Below, piece by piece: positions 31,582 to 40,829 of a DNA stretch of 64,000 nt. A model generated the notes under the pieces. That model made no database searches. It was given only the letters and a program-made list of their open reading frames with translations, and was not told where the DNA came from. Location of the stretch: NCBI GenBank assembly GCA_965223845.1, contig CBDCXR010000004.1, positions 1,024,001 through 1,088,000 of the forward strand, in the 5' to 3' direction. The DNA is from Planctomycetota bacterium. GTDB lineage: Bacteria > Planctomycetota > UBA8108 > SXIK01. Position 1 is the first letter of the stretch; each line of letters begins with the position of its first letter. A program made the translations under genes and the position numbers.

Positions 31582-33021
31582 ATGAGATACGGTTGGAATA
31601 AGGGCCTCGCGGTCGTCGCCGCGGTCGTCATTTCGACGAGTGCGGCCTTCGCCCAGGAGTACACGATCGGATTCGCCGGACCGGAGTCGCACTCCGGAGC
31701 GGCCGGGGAGACGGTGGTGGGCATCTACGACTGGACTCTCGGTCATTCCGGTGACGGAATCGGTGCGCAGGGCTGGTCGCTCGGAGCAGTCGTGGACGGC
31801 GGTACGATCCTCTCGATCACCACCGACGGGACGAAGACCGAAGAGCTTTACGACAGTGGATTCAACAAGACGCGTCTCGCGACGGGTGATATCGCCGGTG
31901 CCGTGAGCGCGGTCGTCCTCTGTTTCGGCTGTGATGCGGTCATCCCGCCGAACGAGACCCATCCGATTCTCCGCACCGAGGTGGAGTTTCCGATTCCCGA
32001 GGGTGGCGGCGAAGCCACGATGAGTTATCAGGACGGTCTCATTGGTGAAGGTCAGCCCGTCGCGCTCGTCGTGACCGAGCAAGGCCTGAGCTCCCCGTTC
32101 GTGCAGGAGGATCTAACGGTTGCACTCAACGAGATTCAGTCCTGCTGCAACGCGCTCCACCGCATGGGCTTCTCGAGCTCGCCGCTCAACAATACGGTTC
32201 CCGGCGAAGGACTCATCGATGACGATCCCGCGACGTGCAACGGCATCGGCTCGCACGAGATCAGCACGACCGACTCGATCTACGCATCGGTCGCGTCGAC
32301 CGCTCCAGTTCCCGAAGAGGGAATCCAGGGGTTCTCGGTGAGTATCGAAGTCGTCGGTGACATCAGCATCACCGGAATCACGACCGAAGGGACGCTCGCC
32401 GGTCCCGTCGAGGACGGCGGACTCTACGACAGCGGCTTCAACAAGACCCGTGTCGCAGATTCGGAAGCGAGCGGTGGTCGTTCCGGCGCCGTGAGCGCGG
32501 TCGTGTTCTGCTTCGGTTGTGACTCGGTTCTCAATCCGGTCGGGACGTCGTCCTTCAGCAAGCTCACCGTCGAAGGCGAGCCCGGCGCGACGGGAGAGAT
32601 CTTCTACGCCGACGGACTCGTCGGGGAAGGTCAGCCGGTCGACAACGTCATGACCGTCCTCGGTACGAGTGCTCCGGTCTGCAATTTCTTCACCACTCGC
32701 CTCAATGTGAGCGTCAAGCTCGGCCCCGCCGAGCTCGGTCCGTACCTGCGTGGTGACGCGAACGACGACGGTAAGGTGAACATCGCCGACCCGATCTGGA
32801 TCATCAACGAGCTCTTCCGGATGGGACCGCCGACCGAATGCATCGCTTCGGCGGATGCCAATGGAGATCTCACGCAGGATCTAGCGGACGCTGTCTACAT
32901 CATCAACTATCGGTTCCTCGACGGCGAGCCTCCTCCCGCTCCGTTCCCGGGTTGCGGCACGACGATCGATCCGGAGAACGATGTGATCTCGTGCGACACA
33001 CCGCACTCGAATTGCCTCTGA
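31582..33021 (+). CDS. Secreted array protein E: 2 cohesin-like domains plus dockerin-like domain
   Basis: Signal peptide ending AFA-QE; same repeated motifs as D; first half of the dockerin identical to D. Confidence 0.78.
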   Translation: MRYGWNKGLAVVAAVVISTSAAFAQEYTIGFAGPESHSGAAGETVVGIYDWTLGHSGDGIGAQGWSLGAVVDGGTILSITTDGTKTEELYDSGFNKTRLATGDIAGAVSAVVLCFGCDAVIPPNETHPILRTEVEFPIPEGGGEATMSYQDGLIGEGQPVALVVTEQGLSSPFVQEDLTVALNEIQSCCNALHRMGFSSSPLNNTVPGEGLIDDDPATCNGIGSHEISTTDSIYASVASTAPVPEEGIQGFSVSIEVVGDISITGITTEGTLAGPVEDGGLYDSGFNKTRVADSEASGGRSGAVSAVVFCFGCDSVLNPVGTSSFSKLTVEGEPGATGEIFYADGLVGEGQPVDNVMTVLGTSAPVCNFFTTRLNVSVKLGPAELGPYLRGDANDDGKVNIADPIWIINELFRMGPPTECIASADANGDLTQDLADAVYIINYRFLDGEPPPAPFPGCGTTIDPENDVISCDTPHSNCL

Positions 33022-33068
33022 GCCGATCGCCCTGAGGAAGCGTGATCTCGTTTTCGGGATCACGAGGT

Positions 33069-33108
33069 AAAGAGGGCCGCGGGTCTCCTTGATCCGCGGC
33101 CCTCTTTT
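33069..33108 (+). terminator. Intrinsic terminator after gene E
   Basis: AAAGAGGGCCGCGG ... CCGCGGCCCTCTTT(T). Confidence 0.75.
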
Positions 33109-33170
33109 CGTGTCGACTGGTAGTCAGTACCCACACTCCGAACTCGAGGCTGGCTTCGGAGAGGAACGCC

Positions 33171-34598
33171 ATGAGATGCCGTTCGCCATCGTTTCTCGTG
33201 CTCGGCGTCGCGCTCGTCCTCCTGCCCGGTGCGGCGCTTTCCCAGGACTACACGATCGGATTCGACGGACCGGAATCGCATTCCGGCGCGGCCGGAGCGA
33301 CGGTCCGAGGAGTTTACGACTGGACTCTCGGGCACGCCGGAGAGGGAGTCGGTATCAACGGCTGGTCGCTCGGAGCCGTCGTCGACGGCGGTACGATCGT
33401 TTCCATCACCACCGCCGGAACGAAGACCGAGGCGCTCTTTGATTCCGGCCTCAATCAGACCGCCATCGCACAAGGTGACGTGGCTGGCGCGTACAGCTTC
33501 GTTGTGATCTGTCGCTGTGGTTGGGTGGAGATCCCGCCGAACGAAACCCATGCGATCGTCCGAACCGAAGTTGAATTTCGCATCCCTGAGGGTGGCGGCG
33601 AAGCCACTATGCGGTTCGCGCCCGGGCTCGCCGAAGGCGCTCGATTCGAAGAGCTCATGCTGTCTGAGGAGGGCTTGAGTGTTCCATTTGTGCGGGAGGA
33701 GCTCACCATCGCGCTCACCGAGACCGAGTCCTGTTGTGACGCGCCGTACCGTGTGGGCTTCTCGAGTTCACCTCTCAACAACATGACCCCCGGCGAGGGA
33801 CTGATCGAGGACGATCCCGATCTGTGCCACGGGGTCGGCGCGCACGAGATCAGCAGTTCCGACACGATTTACGTCTCCAACGCGTCGAACGTCCCCTCTC
33901 CTGAAGACGGAATTCAAGGGTTCTCGCTCAGCATCGAAATCGTCGGTGACCTGAACCTCACCTCAGCCACGACCGATGGAACGCTCGCCGGGCCGATCGA
34001 GGATGGGGGACTCCTGAGCAGCGGCTTCTCCAAGGCGAGCGTGTTCGATCCGGGCCACGGCGGCCGTCGTGGCGCTGTGGCCGCAGTCGTGTTCTGTTTC
34101 GGCGACTGCGACTCCGTGCTGAATCCGATCGGGACGTCCTCGATGCTCGCGCTCACGGTCGAGGGTGAGCGCGGCGGCGCGGGTGAGATCTTTTTTATGG
34201 ACGGTCTTGGGCGCGGACAGCCCGTCGAAAACATCATTACGGTGCGCGGGGTTTCCGTTCCGGCCTGCAACTTCGACACGGCTCGATTGAGCCTGTCCGT
34301 TCGGCCGGGCCCCGCCACGTTCGTACGCGGAGATGCCAATGATGATGGCAAGGTGAACATCGCTGACCCAATTTGGATCTTGAGCGACCTCTTTCGCATG
34401 GGACCCGCGACGAGCTGTCTCGCGTCCGCCGACGCAAACAACTCGCTCACGGTCGACCTTGCCGATGTCGTATTCCTCATCAACTATTCTTTTCGCCACG
34501 GCGATGCTCCAGCCGACCCGTTCCCCGGGTGCGGCACGATCGGCGATCCGGAGAGGGAGGCCGTCTCGTGCGACAGCGCCCCATCGAGTTGCGTCTGA
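33171..34598 (+). CDS. Secreted array protein F, diverged tandem duplicate of E
   Basis: Collinear with E (GPESHSGAAG, YDWTLGH, GFSSSPLNN) but with altered motifs; RGDANDDGKVNIADP. Confidence 0.75.
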   Translation: MRCRSPSFLVLGVALVLLPGAALSQDYTIGFDGPESHSGAAGATVRGVYDWTLGHAGEGVGINGWSLGAVVDGGTIVSITTAGTKTEALFDSGLNQTAIAQGDVAGAYSFVVICRCGWVEIPPNETHAIVRTEVEFRIPEGGGEATMRFAPGLAEGARFEELMLSEEGLSVPFVREELTIALTETESCCDAPYRVGFSSSPLNNMTPGEGLIEDDPDLCHGVGAHEISSSDTIYVSNASNVPSPEDGIQGFSLSIEIVGDLNLTSATTDGTLAGPIEDGGLLSSGFSKASVFDPGHGGRRGAVAAVVFCFGDCDSVLNPIGTSSMLALTVEGERGGAGEIFFMDGLGRGQPVENIITVRGVSVPACNFDTARLSLSVRPGPATFVRGDANDDGKVNIADPIWILSDLFRMGPATSCLASADANNSLTVDLADVVFLINYSFRHGDAPADPFPGCGTIGDPEREAVSCDSAPSSCV

Positions 34599-34955
34599 AC
34601 GGACTTGGCCTCGAGGCCTGATTCGCGCGACTTAAGACGTAGCGTACGCGAGCGGAGTGTTAGCGGCGTGTTCGAGGCGGATTCCGCCGCGGAACCTCGA
34701 CCGATCTTCCCAATCGACGAGACGATCGGTACAATTCGGGGGGTTGACCTTGGGTGATGAATGTGCTCTCGCGGGGGGAAGAAGGGTCATTCCCGAGGCG
34801 AAGTAGGTCGCGGTTCGGAAGGATCAGGTCCACGGCGTCGCGTCGACGACGCGGTCGCCGACGGACGTGAGTCGGAGCGTGGCCACGTCGTGCGTTTTCC
34901 TGTCAATCGCGCAAACGAGGATCGATTTCCCATTCTCTCGGGGAGGAAAAGCAAC

Positions 34956-36437
34956 ATGAGGACGCTCTGGAGTATCTGTACTGCGATCCCGGTAGCACTC
35001 GGGCTATCGCTGGGCGCCCAGGCGCAGGATGTCTACACGCTGGGCTTCGAAGGACCGAGCTCGGTCGCCGGTCTCGTCGGCGAGGACGTCGGGTTCGACG
35101 TCACCGCCACCCTCGAGCACGCCGAAGGCGACGGTGTCGGTGCGCAGGGTTGGTCGATCGGAATCCGCGTGGATGGCGCGGAGGTCGTCGGTGTGACGAC
35201 CGAGGGCACGAGCGTCGACGGCCTCTTCGACGAGGGCTTCAACAAGAGCAAAGCCATCGACCCCATTCTGAACGACGGGAAGAACGGCGCGACGAGCGCT
35301 GTGGTGCTTTGCTACGGATGCGAGAACGTGCTTCCCCCGTCCGCCACGATCCTCCAGCTGAGTCTTTCCGCCACGATCGCCGAAGACGCGGATCCGATTT
35401 CTGTCGAGTACGAAGAGGGACTGATCGGCGAGGGACAGCCGGTTCGTCTCGTCGTCACGCAGCTCGGTCAGTCGATCGCTCCGATGCTCGAGGCGCTCTC
35501 CGTTCCCGTGCGGGCGCTGAAGAGCTGCCTGAACGACAAGTACTCCCTCGGCTTTGCGACGGAGAACCTCGTCTCGGATACCCCGTTCGCCGAAGGTTCG
35601 GTGGGCACGGGCGAGCCGTCCGGCCACGCGAGTGGTGAGGGCATGACGATCGCCGGAGCACCGGGCGAGATCGCCTCCGCACCGGTGTGGGCGACGATCA
35701 TCACGAACGAATCCGATCCGGAAGCGGCCGGTGTCCAGGGTTGGTCGCTTTCGATCGAAGCGCTGGGCGCAGCCAACATCACCGGCATCACCTGGGAGGG
35801 AACGGTGACAGCTCCGGTACCCGACGGTCTTTTCGACTCGGGATTCGAGAAAACGCTCCTCGCCGCCGCTGAAGACAATGACGGTCGGAGTGGTGCGACG
35901 AGCGCCGTCGTGCTCTGCTTTGGCTGCGACACGACCATCGGGCTCGTCGGGACGACCGCTGTCGCTGAGCTCACGGTCGAGTCGAGAGATCCGCTGTCCG
36001 CGGATGCTCCGCAGTCGGGGCGCCTCGAATACAACCCGCTCCGCAGCATCGGGCAGCAGGTCGACATCGTCCTTACGGTCCTCGGAACGAGCGTGCCGGT
36101 CTGCAATCTCGATTCCGTCGGACTCGACATCGAATTCGAGGAGGTCCAGGGTAAGGGACCGTACATCCGTGGCGACGCCAACGACGACGGCAAGCTGAAC
36201 ATCGCCGACGGGATCTGGATCATCAACGAACTGTTCAAGATGGGTCCGGAGAGCGTGTGTCAGACCGCAGCGGATGCGAACAACAGCAACACGGTCGACC
36301 TCGCGGACGCCGTCTTCATCTTCGAGTATCGTTTCCTAACCGGCCCGGCCCCCGAGGCGCCGTTTCCGGATTGTGGATTCATCCCGATCGACGCCGGCGG
36401 CGACCTGACCTGCGGAGGGAACTCGTCCTGCCTGTGA
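34956..36437 (+). CDS. Secreted array protein G: 2 cohesin-like domains plus dockerin-like domain
   Basis: GGAGG Shine-Dalgarno; signal peptide ending AQA-QD; SAVVLCYGC and SAVVLCFGC; RGDANDDGKLNIADG. Confidence 0.78.
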   Translation: MRTLWSICTAIPVALGLSLGAQAQDVYTLGFEGPSSVAGLVGEDVGFDVTATLEHAEGDGVGAQGWSIGIRVDGAEVVGVTTEGTSVDGLFDEGFNKSKAIDPILNDGKNGATSAVVLCYGCENVLPPSATILQLSLSATIAEDADPISVEYEEGLIGEGQPVRLVVTQLGQSIAPMLEALSVPVRALKSCLNDKYSLGFATENLVSDTPFAEGSVGTGEPSGHASGEGMTIAGAPGEIASAPVWATIITNESDPEAAGVQGWSLSIEALGAANITGITWEGTVTAPVPDGLFDSGFEKTLLAAAEDNDGRSGATSAVVLCFGCDTTIGLVGTTAVAELTVESRDPLSADAPQSGRLEYNPLRSIGQQVDIVLTVLGTSVPVCNLDSVGLDIEFEEVQGKGPYIRGDANDDGKLNIADGIWIINELFKMGPESVCQTAADANNSNTVDLADAVFIFEYRFLTGPAPEAPFPDCGFIPIDAGGDLTCGGNSSCL

Positions 36438-36839
36438 TCGCCGGTCGAATCGCAGGAGCCGCGCGTCCGTTCGGGCGCTGAACGGGAGCGAGCCACGCGG
36501 GGAACACTCTCCGCGTGGCTCGCTTCATTCTCCGACCGGGTCGAGGCCCCGGCGTTCGGAATCCTCGGGCGCCGACCACCGGTCGGGCACCCGGACAAGT
36601 GTCGGGATCGACCTGTCCGCGAACGCAAACGCCGATCTTTACGAGTCGATCCCCCGGGAGACTCGGCTACAATAGACGCTCGTCACGCGCGGTCGGCGCG
36701 TGAGTCCTCGGTTTGGGTTTTCGCCTCCCCGGAGTGGGTCTGAGATCGGATCCGACGCGTGGCGCCGTCAGAAGATGGGGGCCAGCGCCGAGATCGTATG
36801 CACTCGCCCGGAGAGTTTTCGATTGCGGGGAGTAGACGA

Positions 36840-38309
36840 ATGAAGACGCGGCGATGGATGGCGGGCGTCGTGCTCGCGACTTGGGGTCTCACCTCCGGTG
36901 CATTCGCGCAGTCCGACGCGGATGTGTTCACGCTCGGCGTTCGCGGGCCGGACGCCGTCGCGGCCAAAGCCGGCGAGCTGGCGAGTGCCGACTACGAGAT
37001 TACGCTCACGCACGACGGCCTCGGCGTGGGCGCGCAGGCCTGGTCGTTCGGTGTCATCGGCGTCGACGCCGACATCGTTTCGATCACGACCGAAGGCACG
37101 AACGCCGCGGCTCTCTTCGACGGGGGATTCCAACGGAGCGAGCTCACCGACGGCGAAGGGAATCGCGGTGCGATTAGCGCGATGACTTTGTGTCAGGGTT
37201 GCCCCGCGACGCTGCCTCCGAACGAGACGTCTTCGATCGCCGTCATCGGCCTCTCCGTGCCGGTCGGCCTAGAGGATAGCGTGGCGGGGATCGAGTTCGC
37301 GGAGGGACTCGTCGGTGCGGGACAGCCCGTCCAAATCGTCGTCACGCAGGAGGGATTTACCATCGAGCCCGATCTCGCGGCGAAGGGAATCGAAGTGCTC
37401 GCGCTCCCCGATTGTTGTGCGCCGGGACTGAACTACGCGTTTTCCGGGCAGCGCGTCCAGAGCCCGGATCCGCTCCTCCCGACCGATTCCGACCCCGCCT
37501 GCCTCGGAAATACTACCGTTCTCGTCAACGAGGTCAGTCCCGGCGAGATCGGCCGCGGCAAGGTCTTCGTCAACGTGTCGTCGAATGTCGAAGGGGACGG
37601 CGTCCAAGGATGGTCGGTCGGCGTCGCCGTCGACGGCTTCCGCGTCGTCGAGGACAGCGTCTCGCTCGACGATACGGCGGGCGCGCCGATGCCGGACGGT
37701 CTCTACGACAATGGCTTCAACAAGACTCAGCGCATCGATCCGGGTGAGAACGAGGGCCAGGAGGGAGCGGTGAGCGCGGTCGTCCTCTGCTTCGGCTGCC
37801 CGACGACTCTGCCGCTCGTCGGCACCGAGTCGATCCTTCAGTTCGAGGTCGAGACGCTGGTGCCCGTGCCCGAGGAGGGCGCGATCGACGGGGTGTGTCG
37901 GGTGGAGGCGGACCTCCTCGGGAACGGGCAGCCCGTCCGGAACGTCCTCACGATCCTCGGTGCGAGCATCCCCGCTTGCAATACGCGGTTCGTCAGCGCC
38001 TCCATTCGGTTCGCTCCCGTCGAGAATCGTCCGTTTCGCCGCGGTGACGCCAACGACGACGGAAAGAACAACATCGCGGATCCGATCTGGATCTTGAACG
38101 AGCTGTTTCGTGACGGTCCGCGGTCGCCGTGCGATCGTGCCGCCGACGCGAACAGCGACGGGACGGTCGACCTCGCCGACGTGAGCTTCGAGGTCACGTA
38201 TCTGTTCGAGCGCGGCGAAGCGCCGGGCGATCCCGGACCGTTTGCGTGCGGGCCGAGTCCGACGACCGATGATGGCCTCAGTTGCGCGGACTTCACTTCG
38301 TGTGAATAG
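36840..38309 (+). CDS. Secreted array protein H: 2 cohesin-like domains plus dockerin-like domain
   Basis: Signal peptide ending AFA-QS; CQGC and CFGC; RRGDANDDGKNNIADP. Confidence 0.78.
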   Translation: MKTRRWMAGVVLATWGLTSGAFAQSDADVFTLGVRGPDAVAAKAGELASADYEITLTHDGLGVGAQAWSFGVIGVDADIVSITTEGTNAAALFDGGFQRSELTDGEGNRGAISAMTLCQGCPATLPPNETSSIAVIGLSVPVGLEDSVAGIEFAEGLVGAGQPVQIVVTQEGFTIEPDLAAKGIEVLALPDCCAPGLNYAFSGQRVQSPDPLLPTDSDPACLGNTTVLVNEVSPGEIGRGKVFVNVSSNVEGDGVQGWSVGVAVDGFRVVEDSVSLDDTAGAPMPDGLYDNGFNKTQRIDPGENEGQEGAVSAVVLCFGCPTTLPLVGTESILQFEVETLVPVPEEGAIDGVCRVEADLLGNGQPVRNVLTILGASIPACNTRFVSASIRFAPVENRPFRRGDANDDGKNNIADPIWILNELFRDGPRSPCDRAADANSDGTVDLADVSFEVTYLFERGEAPGDPGPFACGPSPTTDDGLSCADFTSCE

Positions 38310-38549
38310 CGCGAAGCAACGGTGACGGACTGGTTCGCAGCGACCGAGCACGCGGCGGCGCGACGCATTCGTCCGCGGGCTCGGGTCGTGTTCGGTGCGC
38401 TTCGTCATCCGCGCCACGCCGATTCGCGACGTTGGCGTCGAACGAGCAACCGGGCTCCCCACCTTCTCACGTACAGTCGCGTGTTCTGTACTCGTTCGGC
38501 GCTTGAAGCCGACTTCACCCGCGCATAACTTTTCGCCTCGCTGCTAGCA

Positions 38550-38579
38550 TTGACACGCCGTTTCGAACGCCCCTATAAT
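38550..38579 (+). promoter_or_regulatory. Consensus sigma70 promoter upstream of array gene I
   Basis: TTGACA (38550-38555), 18 bp, TATAAT (38574-38579). Confidence 0.78.
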
Positions 38580-38889
38580 CGACCTCCGAGTGTCTGAGAA
38601 GTGGACTTCCTTCCTTGTCTTGACACCGTTCCGTGTAGGGGTCGGTCTCGCCGGGTCTCACGGCGTTTTTCGAGGGTTTGGCTTGTTCCGCCACACGATT
38701 GGGCGCCTGACCTTCGCCGCCGGTATTGCGGCTGACCGAAACGGAGGCAACCGTCTCCGTCCCACCATTTTCGACTTGATTTCGATCCACTAGAACAACC
38801 GCATTCCCCGCCTCCGCTTGTGCATGTCGGGACCCCGCTTGGGCAAGTCGGGGGGGATTGCTTAGCTTCGGGCTGTGAAGGAGATCACG

Positions 38890-40344
38890 ATGCAAGTGAA
38901 GCTGTCCCGGGTTGGGAGTTGGAGTTTTCTCCCCGCCATCGTTCTGACTCTCTCGGCCGGCGTCGCTTTCGCCCAAGACCCTGCGAATTTCGATCTCGAG
39001 ATCCGCGTGGACAAGGAAGCCTACGCTCCCGGTGAGACGCTCGTCGCGACTCCGGGTGTCGTCGCGCGTGAGGCGGGTATCCAGGGCTGGTCGTACGGCG
39101 TGCGCCACGACCCGAACGTGCTCAGCCTCGACAGTGTCGGCATCGAGAACTCCGACACGGCTGGACTCTTCGACGAAGGTTTCAATCAGACCGAGATCAT
39201 CGTCGAGGGCGGCACCAACGTGGGATTCATTCAGGCGATCGCGCTCTCGCTCGACGGCGACGCCATCGTCGTTCCGGCGAACCCCGACGGCCTCTTCACC
39301 TTCGCCGCGGCGAGCTACACCGTCGCCGCGGACGCGTGTGAAGGAGCGGTCGGAGACATCATGACCGCGATCGAGTTCACCGAGGAGATCGGTGTTCCGG
39401 ACAGTCCCCCCGTCGAGACGAACCTCACCCTCGGCGGCCGCGGCCTCGTGCCGGCGTCGGTTGCCGGTGCGACGGCGACGATCACCTGTGAAGCCCTTCC
39501 CGCGGGACTCAGCATGCACTTTGCGGCTGGCGCGCAGGATCTTGTCGCCGACGAGACGGCGACGATCGACGTGACGGTCCACGGTTCGGCTTCCGGCGCG
39601 GCGTCCGAGGTCCAGGGTTGGTCCTACGGGATCCGGCTCGACACGACGGCGATCGTCGCGACTGCTGCGACTCCCGGCGCCGACGCCGCTGCCCTCAACG
39701 GGGGCAACGGTCCGGACTTCGTCAGCTACGAGCTCAACGATCAGAGCCTCGACGGGAACACGAAGGGTGTGACCGTCGGTGTCGCCGTTACGCTCAATGC
39801 TCCGGCGGCGGAAGTCCTCACGATCGCCGACGGCGAGACGAAGCACCTCGACACGATCACGATCCGCAGCGCCAAGTCGCTCGGCGAAGGTGAAAGCGAG
39901 ACGACCGAGATGGCGTTCGACAACACCCTCGGTGAGACGGCAGATCCCGTTCGCGATCCGATCGAGGCCATCTTCGTGATCGGCGGACGCAGCGTCGAGC
40001 CGACGCTCGGCGGCGCGAAGACGATCAACCTCATCGGCACCGGTGGTCCCGGTGGCGTCCGGTTCATCCGCTCCGACTCGAACAGTGACGGCCGCGTCGA
40101 CATCGCCGACGGCATCTGGACGCTGATGACTCTCTTTGGGGGCGAGCAGCTCTCGTGCGAGATCGCGGCGGACTCGAACGCCGACGACAGCGTCAACATG
40201 ACCGACGCGATGCACACGTTCCAGTGGCGCCTCCAGCCGGGTGCGACGCCGGGGAACCTCTTCCCCGCGCCGACGGCTCCGTTCCCCGCTTGCGGCACGG
40301 TGCAAGATCCGGTGCTCACCTGCGCGAATCACTTCTGCCAGTGA
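38890..40344 (+). CDS. Secreted array protein I: 2 cohesin-like domains (no CxxC) plus dockerin-like domain
   Basis: AAGGAG Shine-Dalgarno; signal peptide ending AFA-QD; twice QGWSYG.R; RSDSNSDGRVDIADG...DSNADDSVNMTDA. Confidence 0.76.
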   Translation: MQVKLSRVGSWSFLPAIVLTLSAGVAFAQDPANFDLEIRVDKEAYAPGETLVATPGVVAREAGIQGWSYGVRHDPNVLSLDSVGIENSDTAGLFDEGFNQTEIIVEGGTNVGFIQAIALSLDGDAIVVPANPDGLFTFAAASYTVAADACEGAVGDIMTAIEFTEEIGVPDSPPVETNLTLGGRGLVPASVAGATATITCEALPAGLSMHFAAGAQDLVADETATIDVTVHGSASGAASEVQGWSYGIRLDTTAIVATAATPGADAAALNGGNGPDFVSYELNDQSLDGNTKGVTVGVAVTLNAPAAEVLTIADGETKHLDTITIRSAKSLGEGESETTEMAFDNTLGETADPVRDPIEAIFVIGGRSVEPTLGGAKTINLIGTGGPGGVRFIRSDSNSDGRVDIADGIWTLMTLFGGEQLSCEIAADSNADDSVNMTDAMHTFQWRLQPGATPGNLFPAPTAPFPACGTVQDPVLTCANHFCQ

Positions 40345-40385
40345 GTTGATGTAGAGAAGGCGATCCGAAGCGGATCGCCGACGCG

Positions 40386-40433
40386 AAACAAAACGGCCCG
40401 ATCGAGCGCGTCTCGATCGGGCCGTTTTGTTTT
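40386..40433 (+). terminator. Intrinsic terminator after gene I (possibly bidirectional)
   Basis: AAACAAAACGGCCCGATCGAG / 5-nt loop / CTCGATCGGGCCGTTTTGTTT. Confidence 0.85.
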
Positions 40434-40829
40434 CGCTTCGTGCCGAGCCGGCGACGAAACGTTCCAGGCGAAACGCCCGGCACCGGCCCCGAGCGCGCCC
40501 GCGACCGAGCACCGAAGGCGCGGAGACTCGCGTCCGACCCGACTTCTCCGCCACGCGGTAGTCGTCTCGGCTCCGCTCAGCCGGGCGGAACGGGCCCGAT
40601 CGAGCGCATCTTTCGTGCCTGTAAGGTTCTACGATCGGGCGATGTTGACTTGCTCGCGGGGCACCTCTAACATCGATCCATCCCCCGTTTGCCCTCCTTC
40701 CCCGACGCTACGAACAGCCTGGTGTTGCTCCCCCCTCTCTGCGTGGAGAAGCCCTCTCCGCGCGGGGATGTCCTCCTTTTTCGGAGGGCTCGGGGAGCGC
40801 GCTCCCGCTCTGGAGGCTGGACTGCTCTC

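Noticed and set aside
27222-38309. Multiheme cytochrome or thioredoxin reading of the CxxC motif
   Set aside because: No His follows the CxxC, and there is no thioredoxin-fold context such as WCxxC
21762-40829. Sigma54 -24/-12 promoters or c-di-GMP riboswitches in the array spacers
   Set aside because: I found no correctly spaced TGGCAC-N5-TTGC and no GEMM-like motif by eye
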